The position numbers were made by a program, and so were the translations under genes. The notes beneath the pieces are model-generated. The model saw only the letters and a list, made by a program, of their open reading frames with translations. It made no database searches and had not been told where the DNA came from. A DNA stretch of 64,000 bases from Candidatus Zhuqueibacterota bacterium (GTDB lineage: Bacteria > SM23-31): NCBI GenBank assembly GCA_042564455.1, contig JBHPLC010000005.1:481-64480 (forward strand), written 5' to 3'. Shown piece after piece: positions 18,636 to 29,216 of the stretch; within the stretch, counting starts at the first letter, position 1, and every line of letters begins with the position of its first letter.

Positions 18636-20192
18636 TCAGAATGGATTCTCCTTAATAAGTATAAACTCAACCCTTGAGGATCTATACATCCGTTGTCTTG
18701 GCGTCTCACCATACTTCGGCTCCGGCGGTTCACTGCCGCCAACACCTTCAGCTCTGATCCGGTTAGGATCAATTAAATATACCCCGGTCAAACGCGCCAT
18801 GACGTTCTGTGCGCGCTCTAATGATAGTTTTTCATTTAAACTTTCGTCGCCTCCGGTTGGTGTATGTCCCCTAACTATTACACGATACGAAGGATAATTA
18901 GTGGTTAGTAGAGAGGCAATTTTGTCAACCGTTTCCTCTCCTTCAACATTCAATATGTCCGGAAAGCTTGAAGAAAAGGTAATATCCTGCTCTTTTAATT
19001 TTCCGACCTCATGAAGTTTTGCCCACTGCTCTTTAGTCAGAGGTTCAAAGGTGATTGCCTGTGTTCCGGGTTCATCGAGAGATGTTGTTGTTTTACTTAA
19101 CTCCCGCAGGATATCACTATTGACGATTTCATATGGATTTCCCTTGAGCGGATCTGTTGAGAATATACCTGCATTAATCATTACATAAGTACAGTTAATA
19201 ATACAGTTTATAATTGCTTCATCAGCATAACCACCTGCGCCAATATTGATTCCAAACATATCTGAACAATTCTCATATAAATCATACCATTCAACCTTTT
19301 CCAGCAGCTTTTCAAGCTCTTCATCTTCCAATCTCTTCAAGTCAGGACTTTTTTTCATCTCATTATACATGTTGTCTATATTATTGGCATAGAGACCCAT
19401 AACCTGATAGTATGTCTGGAAAAACCTGACGACTTCATCTCTATGTTTTTCAATAAAATCCCTGTCAAAGACAAATACGTCAATTATATACCCCCGAAAA
19501 TCGTTACTTCCGAAGGAATAATTCATGCCGTCCAGTTCCGCTATTTTAGTCAGGGTGGGTTCCCAGGTGACATAAATATCTCCCTGTCCATTTTTGGCAG
19601 CCTCGTAGATTTCATCCGGGCTTCCTACTGTCATGCGCCACGCATCGGAATTCTTCAGTTTGTCCAGATCAAAATCATGAATCAGCAAGTCTAAAAGGAA
19701 AGAACTGGGGGAATCAGGGATGTAGACAAACGAGCGTCCGGCATCATTCAAGCTGTTAAAGTCCGGCAATGTAATATCATGCACGACCATACCATCAGCT
19801 CCCCTCGACTCAGATATCGCGGCAACGATAACGCCCGGATAACCCACTTTCTCACCATGCTGTAAATAACTGTTTACCGGAAGTACAATACAGTCATATT
19901 CACCATTCTTAAACTTATCCAACCGTTCTTCATAGAGAGCGCCGTCATCAGTGAACTGAATGATTAAACCTTTCCGTGCAGCCATTTTCGTCATTTCCTG
20001 CGAATTGGTAAAAAAGTAGCCGATATAGTTATCGCCTCCTATGCGAATGGTTGTAGAAGAGCCGACAGCATCAGAAGTGGCGCGTTGTTTTCTCTCAAAT
20101 AGAATAGGTTTCAGAAAAAAATAGGAAACCACTATAATTATGCCCAGCAATACCAATAAACCTGCACCTTTGGTAGATTTTTCAACCATCAT
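18636..20192 (-). CDS. membrane-anchored periplasmic-binding-like domain fused to an OmpA C-terminal domain
   Basis: 518 aa with an N-terminal TM helix. The C-terminus is VIVRGHTPTGGDESLNEKLSLERAQNVMARL...RSSRVEFIL, an OmpA/MotB peptidoglycan-binding pattern. Confidence 0.65.
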   Translation of the reverse strand: MMVEKSTKGAGLLVLLGIIIVVSYFFLKPILFERKQRATSDAVGSSTTIRIGGDNYIGYFFTNSQEMTKMAARKGLIIQFTDDGALYEERLDKFKNGEYDCIVLPVNSYLQHGEKVGYPGVIVAAISESRGADGMVVHDITLPDFNSLNDAGRSFVYIPDSPSSFLLDLLIHDFDLDKLKNSDAWRMTVGSPDEIYEAAKNGQGDIYVTWEPTLTKIAELDGMNYSFGSNDFRGYIIDVFVFDRDFIEKHRDEVVRFFQTYYQVMGLYANNIDNMYNEMKKSPDLKRLEDEELEKLLEKVEWYDLYENCSDMFGINIGAGGYADEAIINCIINCTYVMINAGIFSTDPLKGNPYEIVNSDILRELSKTTTSLDEPGTQAITFEPLTKEQWAKLHEVGKLKEQDITFSSSFPDILNVEGEETVDKIASLLTTNYPSYRVIVRGHTPTGGDESLNEKLSLERAQNVMARLTGVYLIDPNRIRAEGVGGSEPPEPKYGETPRQRMYRSSRVEFILIKENPF

Positions 20193-20336
20193 ACCTCTAT
20201 CTCCTTTTAGTACAGTTCTGAAGAATAATTTATATCAGGAAGGCTGAGTGATAAATTCTCCTCAGCCACCCGTTACGATAGAAAGTCCCGAGCACTCGGG
20301 AAGCCAAATCATTCTTTAAATCATTACAAGAAATGG

Positions 20337-21113
20337 TTACTTCTTTTTGAATACAGTTGGATCGAAAAACTCGCTCTCCGCAACAGCATCAACAAGGGCG
20401 TCTGTGAGTTGCTTGAAATCATCCGCTGCAGTATAAGACACTACGTATCGAGAGTCATTAAGGTCATGATTGTTCCCAACACCCAGACCGATCGCGTGAA
20501 TGGTAATTTGCCTCTGTACAGTATATTCTAAGGAAGATTTCATTTTATTCATATCAGACGCAGCACCATCGGTGACGACAATGAGGCCGTATTCTCCATA
20601 CCCTAACTGCTTTCGCCGCTGCTCCCTTAACCGGTCAGCACCAAACTTAATAGCTACTCCCAATGGTGTATTACCGCCGGCAATGATGGATTCAACCATT
20701 TGCTGAAACGTTTCATGATTATCAGGTCCTAAAGTAACAATTTCACCGCTCCTGTTTCTGGAAAAAACATACAGGCCGAGATTGACATCTTTTGGCACCT
20801 GTTCCAGAAACGTTTTTACTGCGCGTTTTGCGCCTTCGATCTTTCTCGTCCTATTAAGAAGATCATCCATACTACCGCTGCCATCAAAAATAACGTAATA
20901 ATTCCTGGTTAGAGACGGTTCGCCATTCGGATCAAACTCTTCCTGCATTAGCTCCGGAATACTTACAGGAGTTTGACCAGGTCTGCCTGTTGAAGTACCT
21001 GGAGTTCTTTCAACTTTACATGACACAGTCAGGGAAAAGAATAAACCGAAAATCAGCAATAGAAGAAACAAAGAGAACCGTACCCGTTTAGAGCACCATA
21101 CTGACTTTTTCAT
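20337..21113 (-). CDS. vWA-domain lipoprotein
   Basis: Signal peptide with a Cys. MIDAS motif YYVIFDGSGSM, later GNTPLG and VVTDGA. Confidence 0.8.
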   Translation of the reverse strand: MKKSVWCSKRVRFSLFLLLLIFGLFFSLTVSCKVERTPGTSTGRPGQTPVSIPELMQEEFDPNGEPSLTRNYYVIFDGSGSMDDLLNRTRKIEGAKRAVKTFLEQVPKDVNLGLYVFSRNRSGEIVTLGPDNHETFQQMVESIIAGGNTPLGVAIKFGADRLREQRRKQLGYGEYGLIVVTDGAASDMNKMKSSLEYTVQRQITIHAIGLGVGNNHDLNDSRYVVSYTAADDFKQLTDALVDAVAESEFFDPTVFKKK

Positions 21114-21136
21114 TGTGGTACTCTCCTTTCAAATTA

Positions 21137-22864
21137 TTATTTTTTAATTGGTTTAAATTCTGTCAATTCAGCTTCGACCTGCATTATCCTGAATACAACG
21201 CGCCGGTTAGCAGCCCATTTTGCCTCAGTATCTATTACCTTGTATTTTGGATTTGAAATTCCAAATCCAGCGGCATAGAACTGACTCTCATCTATATTTA
21301 TCCCCTGAGCCTTGCAATAACTGATAAATGCAGTCTTAACAGCATTTGAACGATCGAGGCTCAGATTTTTCGCCCGAGATATCATTCTGTTGATGACTGG
21401 TTGAGATTGACCTTCCGCTATTGCCCCTTGAATTCCAAGAGGATCACTGTGGCCTTCAACAGTAATAAGCGCACCGCTGTAGGTTTGTGATAGACTCATT
21501 GCTTCCTCAAAAGATGAGGCATACATACTTTCAGAGAACTCATTTTGGTTAGGTGCAAAGTTCACCTCAATACTGAATAGAGTGCCTTTTTCACCAAAAC
21601 TTTCAGCTTCTACATTGATCTTCTTTTCCATGGCAGCTGCAACTTTCTTTGTATCAAATTTAGGCGTGACCACAGCAGGTGCAGCAACATTAGCATATTT
21701 CAATCCGCTTGCCATACCCGAGTAATTCCATTCTGCCTGATATAAAGGTACCCGTTTTGTCATTATACCCATTTCAATAAATGATGCCTGGATCTCATCT
21801 GTCAATGTCTTAAAGTTCCTGGTTGTCCCTTTACCTGTGAAGAAGGTCACGTTGCCATTGTATCCTACATATGTACAATCACCAAGAAGCGCTTCTATTT
21901 CAGAACCTCCTGCAGAAGTACCCCATAAAATTGCGGCGGCCTCGCTTAACAATCCGCGATAATCTGCCTGCCTTGTATCTTTGTTCTTAAGAAGGTCCCG
22001 TAAGTCTTCCTCTGCCCTGAAGAGTGCGTGAGTCAATTTTTGTGCATGCCCTTTATTAGCATCAAACCAATCTTTTCTTACAGCAATTACATCGCTGATA
22101 ATAGTGCCTGCTGTTAAAGTGGAGAGGAGAATCTCTGCACCTTTTACTGTACCGGCAGAACCATCCCCTACATTCCCGCCGCTTGTTAAAGCAAGTGCAT
22201 CTGGAATAATACACATAGTTGCATCCAGACCTGTATCAGCTGGAAAAGCCGACACTGGGTCCAGCACTTTCTGCCCTGCTTCCGGATAATCAACAGTCAG
22301 CTCACGCAGCCATTTAAATGAGATGTCTTTCAGATTCCGTTTTTTATCTTTAAAAAGCTTAGCAACATAATCCATATGCGGACCGTACTGCTGTATAGCA
22401 ACGGATTTGATGTTTGCCAAATTCTTGCCCGGTCTCACAACCATCGCATCTCCACCTGTACTCCAGGTCTTCTGATAAATCACCACAAGTTCAAGATTAT
22501 TACGTTGAAATATTTCAGCCGCAGAATTTATCATACCCATCGTACCTCTTAGATAAGGTGTCTCTCCGGATAAACATCCCTCAACCTGTTTGAGAAAATT
22601 ATTCTCCAGAAAGAGCTCGATGTCGAGACCTTCATCTGTGAATATCCCATATTTACCTGCATAGACGTCGGCAACGTCTCCGCCCCATGTGATAAGGGGA
22701 ACTTTAACCTTTCCGGTGGCTCTGACGCTGACGGCTTTTGCCGTAACAGATGTCATTTGAAACATTGGTTTCATAGTCAGATATTCTGGTTTTTGAGCCA
22801 AAGCATCATGGGAAATAAAAATAGAGAAAACCACACATAATACAATTGTCAGTTTGGATTTCAT
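21137..22864 (-). CDS. periplasmic-binding-like domain fused to an OmpA C-terminal domain
   Basis: 575 aa with a signal peptide. The C-terminus is ITVEGHSDPLG...SLDRSNAVKTAF...ANRRVVFRI. Confidence 0.65.
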   Translation of the reverse strand: MKSKLTIVLCVVFSIFISHDALAQKPEYLTMKPMFQMTSVTAKAVSVRATGKVKVPLITWGGDVADVYAGKYGIFTDEGLDIELFLENNFLKQVEGCLSGETPYLRGTMGMINSAAEIFQRNNLELVVIYQKTWSTGGDAMVVRPGKNLANIKSVAIQQYGPHMDYVAKLFKDKKRNLKDISFKWLRELTVDYPEAGQKVLDPVSAFPADTGLDATMCIIPDALALTSGGNVGDGSAGTVKGAEILLSTLTAGTIISDVIAVRKDWFDANKGHAQKLTHALFRAEEDLRDLLKNKDTRQADYRGLLSEAAAILWGTSAGGSEIEALLGDCTYVGYNGNVTFFTGKGTTRNFKTLTDEIQASFIEMGIMTKRVPLYQAEWNYSGMASGLKYANVAAPAVVTPKFDTKKVAAAMEKKINVEAESFGEKGTLFSIEVNFAPNQNEFSESMYASSFEEAMSLSQTYSGALITVEGHSDPLGIQGAIAEGQSQPVINRMISRAKNLSLDRSNAVKTAFISYCKAQGINIDESQFYAAGFGISNPKYKVIDTEAKWAANRRVVFRIMQVEAELTEFKPIKK

Positions 22865-22963
22865 AAAACCCTCCTGCTTTTTTATATTAGACTTTTATTG
22901 TATATACGAAACTATCAGACATTCGGATAACATTATTTTTATTAATGATTGTTTTTCCCCTTG

Positions 22964-24298
22964 TCAGACCTGTAGTTTATCTGACTTATTGTAACTTCGA
23001 TCTTTAATCTTAAGACTAATATTATTGATGACGTCGTTTGTTAATGTAAGAAATATTCTAAAACTTTCATCCGCTGACAGTTTTTCAGCTATTAACTGCT
23101 CAATGGCATGTACTCGCAACTCTTTGACTTTCCTAATGACTTCCTGAAATTCTTCAATACTCACAATATTATCTGTTTGTTTTTCAACTGAAATAACTTC
23201 CATATAATATCTATCAATTTTGTCTTTTTTCCGTCTTTTGCCTCTTTCATAAAGTGCAAACACACCTCCGCATAAAGCAATTACCCCCGTAAGAAAAACC
23301 CCGGTTAATTCCGCATATCGTTCGATAAATGAAGGTTCGTTGCGTTCAAGATACATTTTTGCCCCTTCATGAAGCGGAAACGTTAAATTATAGTAATTAA
23401 ATTGTTCAGTTAACGCACCGAACAATGGATCCTTGCTCGTTAAAAAGTGCTTGTTTTCAAGGATGGTTTTTATAATTTCATAAATCCGGTCATTATCCAT
23501 ATCTTTTCGAGTTATTAAAACCGCATCAACCGCAAGAGTTAACACCGGAGTTTCAGGCTCGCTTCCATACATCCTTTTAGAAATGATAAATGGTTTCGCT
23601 GCTGGATATTTCATGCAAAAACCGTCTACTATTGAACCTCTGCCGGCAAGTTCAGAATCACCAAGGCTAAATAATTTTCCACCTTCTACCAACATTTTTT
23701 CAATACGTTTGTTGTCAAAACCTGTAACACGACAGCAAACATCTATAGTGTCACTTAGTACATTATTATAAAAGTCCGTGTAGATTGGAGTATAATCACT
23801 CGATGCAATACCAAAATGGGAAAATATTTCTCTCATTAAGCGTGCCGTTCCGCTGTCGCTCGGTCCCATTCCTATTCTTCTTCCTGTGATTAAATCTTTA
23901 AGTGATTTGGGATTAGTTCCTTTCTTATAAATGATATAAGTTATTTCCGGGTATAACGGTAAAACAGAGTAGATTTCACTTATTGGAAATGAACCACTGT
24001 CCGGAAATGCAAGATCGACACGAGTATCATTTTGAATAATGGCAAGATCTGCGGAGTCTGAAGCTAACAGCCTGCAATTTGTAATTGATCCAAGCTCAAT
24101 GCCAGTCAATTCTTCAAGGTCAATATCATTAACGTCCCTCAAGAGATCCGATATATATTTGCCAGTATTATAATAAGTACTGCCCTCTGCAGCAGATACG
24201 ATACGATATTTCTGTGAATCATTTGAACAACCGAATAAAACCGGCAAGAAACACACGAAATAAAATACCGGTAAAAACTTTATGATTTCTTTCTTCAT
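22964..24298 (-). CDS. TAXI-family solute-receptor domain with C-terminal TM helix and cytoplasmic coiled coil
   Basis: Lipobox LFGC. TAXI-like features are GSTYYNTGKYISDLL, ADLAIIQND and GMGPSDSGTARLM. Then a TM helix (LTGVFLTGVIALCGGVFALY) and a charged helical tail. Confidence 0.6.
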   Translation of the reverse strand: MKKEIIKFLPVFYFVCFLPVLFGCSNDSQKYRIVSAAEGSTYYNTGKYISDLLRDVNDIDLEELTGIELGSITNCRLLASDSADLAIIQNDTRVDLAFPDSGSFPISEIYSVLPLYPEITYIIYKKGTNPKSLKDLITGRRIGMGPSDSGTARLMREIFSHFGIASSDYTPIYTDFYNNVLSDTIDVCCRVTGFDNKRIEKMLVEGGKLFSLGDSELAGRGSIVDGFCMKYPAAKPFIISKRMYGSEPETPVLTLAVDAVLITRKDMDNDRIYEIIKTILENKHFLTSKDPLFGALTEQFNYYNLTFPLHEGAKMYLERNEPSFIERYAELTGVFLTGVIALCGGVFALYERGKRRKKDKIDRYYMEVISVEKQTDNIVSIEEFQEVIRKVKELRVHAIEQLIAEKLSADESFRIFLTLTNDVINNISLKIKDRSYNKSDKLQV

Positions 24299-24567
24299 GA
24301 TATAATATTAAAATAATATAATTAGACTAATAAAATCTATCGTTGTTAATATGATTGCTAAATGAGATGCAATTTAGGCAATCACAATTATCTCAAGAAA
24401 ATAAGGATGTTAATATTAACTTTTCTTTTAAGTTATTTAGATAAGTAGATCATAAAAGTTAAGTAATTATGTCATCACATACAAATCTATTTTATTTTTC
24501 TTCAATCCTTTCCATATACGTCCTGTACTGCTCTTTGCCTTTGAAGTAAAGTTTAGTCAGATTAAAG

Positions 24568-25905
24568 TTATTTGCCTTCAATAGATTTCTCAATAATTGC
24601 AGCCCCCACTGTATCGCCAAAAGCGTTTACGGCTGTTCTGAAGCGGTCAAGAAGCCAGTCTACAGAGAGTATAAGCCCGATATATTCTACCGGCAGATTA
24701 ACAGCATTGAGAACAATGATCATTGTAACAAGACCCGCCTCGGGGATACTGGCGGCACCTATGGCCGCTAATGTTGCTGTAACTGCAACAATTGATTGCT
24801 CCAGCAGACTTAATTCAATTCCAAGTGCCTGCGCTATAAAAATAGCAGCGGCGGCTTCATAAAGAGCAGTTCCATCCATGTTTATAGTGGCACCTAAAGG
24901 CAGAACAAATTCAGATGACCGTTTTGAAACCTTGGCTTTATTGACAATGCAGTCCATCGTTACTGGAAGAGTCGCCGCAGTACTTGCAGTTGAGAAGGCA
25001 GTAAGCAACGCCTGAGACATTTGATACATAAATCGATAGGGATTCTTTTTAGTAAAAATCCAGAATATCAAAGGTAAAGTAGTAAATGCATGAATCCCAA
25101 GCCCAATAAGTACAGTTATGAAATACAATCCTGTTTGGTTGAGAACTTCCAGTAATTTCCCATCCGCCTGAGCCTCGCCAAATCTTGCTGCAACAAGACA
25201 GAAAATACCCAGAGGGGCTATTTTCATCAGTAGTAAAATGAAATACATCATCGCATCATAAATCTGTTCAATCATCGTGGTGAGGTTACTAACTCTCGAT
25301 CCCATTGTTGTCAACATACCTGCGAAAATAATGCTGAAAACAATTAATGGGAGTAGGTTCGTTTCGGCGGCAGAGTTTATTAAATTATCGGTAAACAACA
25401 TCAAGAAAAGGTTGGTTAAAATTGTACTGACTGTAGGAGGCTCATGTTCGCCACTCGGCAACTCATTAAATACACTGCTAATCTCATTTTTTGTCAAACC
25501 TGTTGCGTCAACAAGAGAATCCATAATTTTCGACTTTGCAGATGTCACTTCACTACTATCTCTTATTTCTGTGAGTGTAGCATCATCAACTGTATCCACA
25601 CCAGGTTTTATAATATTCACAACCGTAAGACCTATAATAACAGCAATCACCGTTGTACAAAGATAATAAATTATTGTATAACTTCCGGGGCGTCCGAGTT
25701 TGCGTACGTCACCAAGCCCAATTATGCCGCTCATTACACTTGTTACTACAAGAGGTACTACCATCATTTTGAGCAACCGTAAAAATACTTCACCGCCTAC
25801 ATGCAGCTTCATTGCAAAGTGAGGAGCAAATAAAGCGACAATTACAGCGGCAACAATAGAACCAAAAATCCATAGCGTTAAATAGCTTTTACGTTTTTGA
25901 TTCAT
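24568..25905 (-). CDS. dicarboxylate/amino acid:cation symporter (DAACS family)
   Basis: 445 aa polytopic protein with ..FSTASTAATLPVTM.. and ..LGATINMDGTALYEA.. motifs. Confidence 0.9.
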   Translation of the reverse strand: MNQKRKSYLTLWIFGSIVAAVIVALFAPHFAMKLHVGGEVFLRLLKMMVVPLVVTSVMSGIIGLGDVRKLGRPGSYTIIYYLCTTVIAVIIGLTVVNIIKPGVDTVDDATLTEIRDSSEVTSAKSKIMDSLVDATGLTKNEISSVFNELPSGEHEPPTVSTILTNLFLMLFTDNLINSAAETNLLPLIVFSIIFAGMLTTMGSRVSNLTTMIEQIYDAMMYFILLLMKIAPLGIFCLVAARFGEAQADGKLLEVLNQTGLYFITVLIGLGIHAFTTLPLIFWIFTKKNPYRFMYQMSQALLTAFSTASTAATLPVTMDCIVNKAKVSKRSSEFVLPLGATINMDGTALYEAAAAIFIAQALGIELSLLEQSIVAVTATLAAIGAASIPEAGLVTMIIVLNAVNLPVEYIGLILSVDWLLDRFRTAVNAFGDTVGAAIIEKSIEGK

Positions 25906-25968
25906 TTAATCCCTCTTTCAGAACAAATCGGATATCTAATAGTAATTTTCTCATACTTACTTTCCATA

Positions 25969-28629
25969 TTATTTCTTCCTATCACTGAACTCTTCCTTCA
26001 TTTCATCGAACCAATTTAGTACTATAATAATACAATTTTTTATAGATTCATTCTCAACTTTTACCATTAAAAAACGATTACCATCCGGATGAACGTCATA
26101 TGTCGGTACATAAGGATATGAATAATATTTTCCCTCAAACAATTTTTTCGGTGCATCTGCTTTAAACGTAGATCTTGCTTCCACAGATGCAGCCATCATT
26201 TTGTTTCCTTCCCGATAAAACAACTCCAGACCATTTCTTGACCATACAGGTTCCCTGCCGCCATTATTTGAAATCTTGTGTTTCCCGCCTGGCCCCGGAA
26301 ATGGCTGCACATAAACTTCTTCTCTGCCTGACTCATTGGATACATATGCAATCCATTTGCCATTGGGTGAAAACATTGGTGAATATTCATTATGAGTTTG
26401 GCCGAGAAACTGCCTTGTTGTACTGTCTTCAAAAGAATAAATGGATATATTTCTCTGCGCAAACTGGTCTAATTCATAGAACGCAAGATGTTTGCCGTCA
26501 GGTGAAAATGAAACAGGAAATTGTTGAATCTCATTTTCCAATAATAATACTGCTTCCTCGCTCCCATCCACCGGTTTCGCATATATGTTATAGATTCCCT
26601 CTCTGTCAGATGCAAAAACCAACCTCTTGCCACCGGTATCCATCACTGGATCTATTGCTTCCTCAAGTGTTCTTCTGTGAAGTGTGCTTTCTGATTCAAA
26701 ATCAAGAATCCAGATATCTCTCATTTTCTCCTGTTCAATACATAAAGCCGCTTGATTACCATTATTTGAGAGTCTTAGCATCCAGTATGCTCTTTTTTCA
26801 TTAGTGACCTGTGTTTCATCACCATCCCGGTTTACCCAAACTAAGGTTCTTTCAATCGCTTCCTTTTCTTCAGGTACATAAATTAGTGTTCCATCATTTG
26901 ACAAACTGTAATCAGCACCTCCTCGAAAATTTATATTTACATTATAATTTAAGGATTTCGAGGGACCCGTAATCTCAAGGTTTTCTAAGTCGAATGGAGC
27001 TATCTTAAGTAATCCTGCAAGTGCATAAACGATATGACCAGTTGATGAATAATGAGCATCAGTACCTCCTTCTTCAAGTAAAATTTGCCAGGTTTCTGTA
27101 TCTAAGGATAGTTTTGCCATTCTCCAATTCATAAATTTGCCACTTTTCCTAATTGTAAAAAGTACTGTATTCCCATCTGGTAGGAATTCTGGCCAGTAAT
27201 GACCGATTTCACCTCGTTCAGGATCAGGCACTGTCAGTTCTTGTGTATTACCCCCGAAGGCAGATACGCCTATAAGTCCCCAACCACCGCCTCGTGAGAA
27301 TATTATCATATCATCAGGTCCCCAAGTTGCTCCTTCATTATTTGGTCCAACTTGACATATGGTAAAGGATTCGCCGCTTGACAGATTGATTCTTTTAAGC
27401 TTACCGTTTGCAAAGTATCCAATTGACTGCCCATCATGTGAGAAAAAGGGATTATATGCATCTTCAGTACCTGGAAGTACATTGCTATTAATGCGTTCTA
27501 AAGACCTCAAATATAGCTGCCTGGTTATTCCATCAGTTGCGACATATACGAGAAATTTACCATCTGGTGAGATATCGAGATCGCGACCATAGTGGGCTCC
27601 ACCGAGCAGATGATTTGTATCTGAATACGTTGTGTAAAAACGCATTATGTTCTGTTCCGCTGGCGAGTATTTACTTATTAAAAACCAGATTGAAAAAGTG
27701 CAGAATATTAATATTACCAGAGAGAATAATTGCCATACTACCGTTTTTTGCCAGAATACAGGTTGTTTTACATAGTGTTCCTGATTCGACTTCATTGAAA
27801 CTTGTTTAGTATTTTTTGATTTCAAATCAATGGCATTAATATCAACTGGAAGTTCTATTACATTCTGGTAGCGGTTACCTGGATCTTTGGCGAGGAGTTT
27901 GTTGACAATTCGCTCTAATTCCATAGGGATACCTGTGCGGACTGCGGTGAGCGGTTCGGGATCGACGTTAATGATTGAATACACCATCGCTGTCTCGTAT
28001 TCCCCTTTGAAGGGAAGCTGTCCGGTGATCATTTCATACAGGATCACCCCAAGAGAGAAGATATCCGAACGATGGTCAACTGATTCGCTGCGTGCCTGTT
28101 CAGGGGACATATAGGCGATCGTTCCGAGTGTCGTGCCGGGTCTCGTGACCATGCTGCCGGCTTCGATCTTTGCCAAACCAAAATCCATGATCTTGGCCTG
28201 GTTCTTCCCGGTTAACATGATGTTGTTGCTCTTGACATCCCGGTGTACGATGCCTTTTTCATGCGCAGCGGCAAGCCCCTCTGCGATCTGTTGGATTATT
28301 TTGATGGTATCCTTGAGCTTCAGGGGGCCTTCTTTTATCTTATCCCTAAGTGTCTGTCCCTCGATGTACTCCATCACAATAAACATGTCATCGTCATGTT
28401 CGTCTATGCCGAATACAGTTGCAATGTTCGTATGACCCAGTGATGCAGCTGCTTGGGCCTCCTGAACAAAACGCTGCTTATCATCCTCTGAGGCAATAGT
28501 GTGAGATGGCAGGAATTTTAAGGCTACTTCACGTTCGAGCTTCGTATCCTTCGCCTTATACACTACACCCATTCCGCCCTCGCCGAGCTTTTCGAGGATC
28601 TCATAATGGGAAACTGTTTGTCCGATCAT
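25969..28629 (-). CDS. Ser/Thr protein kinase with TM helix and TolB-like (PD40) beta-propeller
   Basis: GEGGMGVVYKA, VALK, HRDVKSNNIML, DFGLA, SPEQ. The extracytoplasmic part has repeated PD40-like SPDG blades. The tail is LNWFDEMKEEF. Confidence 0.9.
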   Translation of the reverse strand: MIGQTVSHYEILEKLGEGGMGVVYKAKDTKLEREVALKFLPSHTIASEDDKQRFVQEAQAAASLGHTNIATVFGIDEHDDDMFIVMEYIEGQTLRDKIKEGPLKLKDTIKIIQQIAEGLAAAHEKGIVHRDVKSNNIMLTGKNQAKIMDFGLAKIEAGSMVTRPGTTLGTIAYMSPEQARSESVDHRSDIFSLGVILYEMITGQLPFKGEYETAMVYSIINVDPEPLTAVRTGIPMELERIVNKLLAKDPGNRYQNVIELPVDINAIDLKSKNTKQVSMKSNQEHYVKQPVFWQKTVVWQLFSLVILIFCTFSIWFLISKYSPAEQNIMRFYTTYSDTNHLLGGAHYGRDLDISPDGKFLVYVATDGITRQLYLRSLERINSNVLPGTEDAYNPFFSHDGQSIGYFANGKLKRINLSSGESFTICQVGPNNEGATWGPDDMIIFSRGGGWGLIGVSAFGGNTQELTVPDPERGEIGHYWPEFLPDGNTVLFTIRKSGKFMNWRMAKLSLDTETWQILLEEGGTDAHYSSTGHIVYALAGLLKIAPFDLENLEITGPSKSLNYNVNINFRGGADYSLSNDGTLIYVPEEKEAIERTLVWVNRDGDETQVTNEKRAYWMLRLSNNGNQAALCIEQEKMRDIWILDFESESTLHRRTLEEAIDPVMDTGGKRLVFASDREGIYNIYAKPVDGSEEAVLLLENEIQQFPVSFSPDGKHLAFYELDQFAQRNISIYSFEDSTTRQFLGQTHNEYSPMFSPNGKWIAYVSNESGREEVYVQPFPGPGGKHKISNNGGREPVWSRNGLELFYREGNKMMAASVEARSTFKADAPKKLFEGKYYSYPYVPTYDVHPDGNRFLMVKVENESIKNCIIIVLNWFDEMKEEFSDRKK

Positions 28630-28869
28630 TGGAAACCTCTTAGATGGGTGCTTTGTGAAATATTTTACAATGTATAGTCAGAAGTATAAGCGAAGGGATA
28701 GCCCTTATTTCATTCCATTACTGTTGGGCTTGACGCATGTGTCCGGGTAACGTGTGGATGTTCGTGAGTTTAATTTGCTGCAATTAATGCTGGTAATAAA
28801 AAATCTAATTTACCGATATAGATTAAATTTGCAAAATAAATGAGAAAGAAAAGAATAAAACTATTATAG

Positions 28870-28898
28870 AATGTATGCAAAATTGATAGGAAAGTCAA
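28870..28898 (-). promoter_or_regulatory. candidate sigma70-type promoter of the kinase gene (TTGACT-17-TACATT)
   Basis: Minus strand: TTGACT (28898-28893), a 17-nt spacer, TACATT (28875-28870). The same arrangement is conserved in the paralogous leader at 32018-32046. Confidence 0.35.
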
Positions 28899-29096
28899 AT
28901 AAAAAATAATTATAAAAACGTGGGAGAAATACTATTCATTTGTAAGTTTCTAATAAAAAATGTGAATTCTGATATGTTGATATCCTGTACCTGTATTTTT
29001 GTGTTGTAAACCAACAATTTCATACGAAATTCCTGGGCGATTTATAGATTTTATAAGGTGAATGGAGGATTTTATCATAAAATACTAGTATAAATC

Positions 29097-29171
29097 TCAC
29101 ACCTGAAAGTTCTGCCATTCGACTTTGACTCATTCCATGAGCTGTTTGAAGCGGTCTTCGATCCCAAGAAA
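29097..29171 (-). pseudogene. orphan 3' stub of a kinase-TPR family gene with an internal stop
   Basis: The minus strand reads FLGIEDRFKQLME-stop-VKVEWQNFQV-stop. Compare FLENIRGEERFKKLMVRVKYEWENFEV at 42701. Confidence 0.6.
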
Positions 29172-29216
29172 CTCTGAATCGTTTTCTTTACAGTCTTGTT
29201 TAAACTGGATAATTCA

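Noticed and set aside
26175-26804. Long antisense ORFs inside large genes. Examples are 26175..26804, 1347..1997, 44366..45073 and 55263..55613.
   Set aside because: They lie entirely within well-supported genes on the opposite strand, have low-complexity or compositionally odd translations, and show no motifs. They are typical shadow ORFs.
20337-28629. TerY-P-like triad (vWA protein plus Ser/Thr kinase plus PP2C phosphatase).
   Set aside because: No PP2C phosphatase ORF is present. The vWA gene and the kinase are separated by three unrelated genes, including a symporter, and the kinase has its own long leader.
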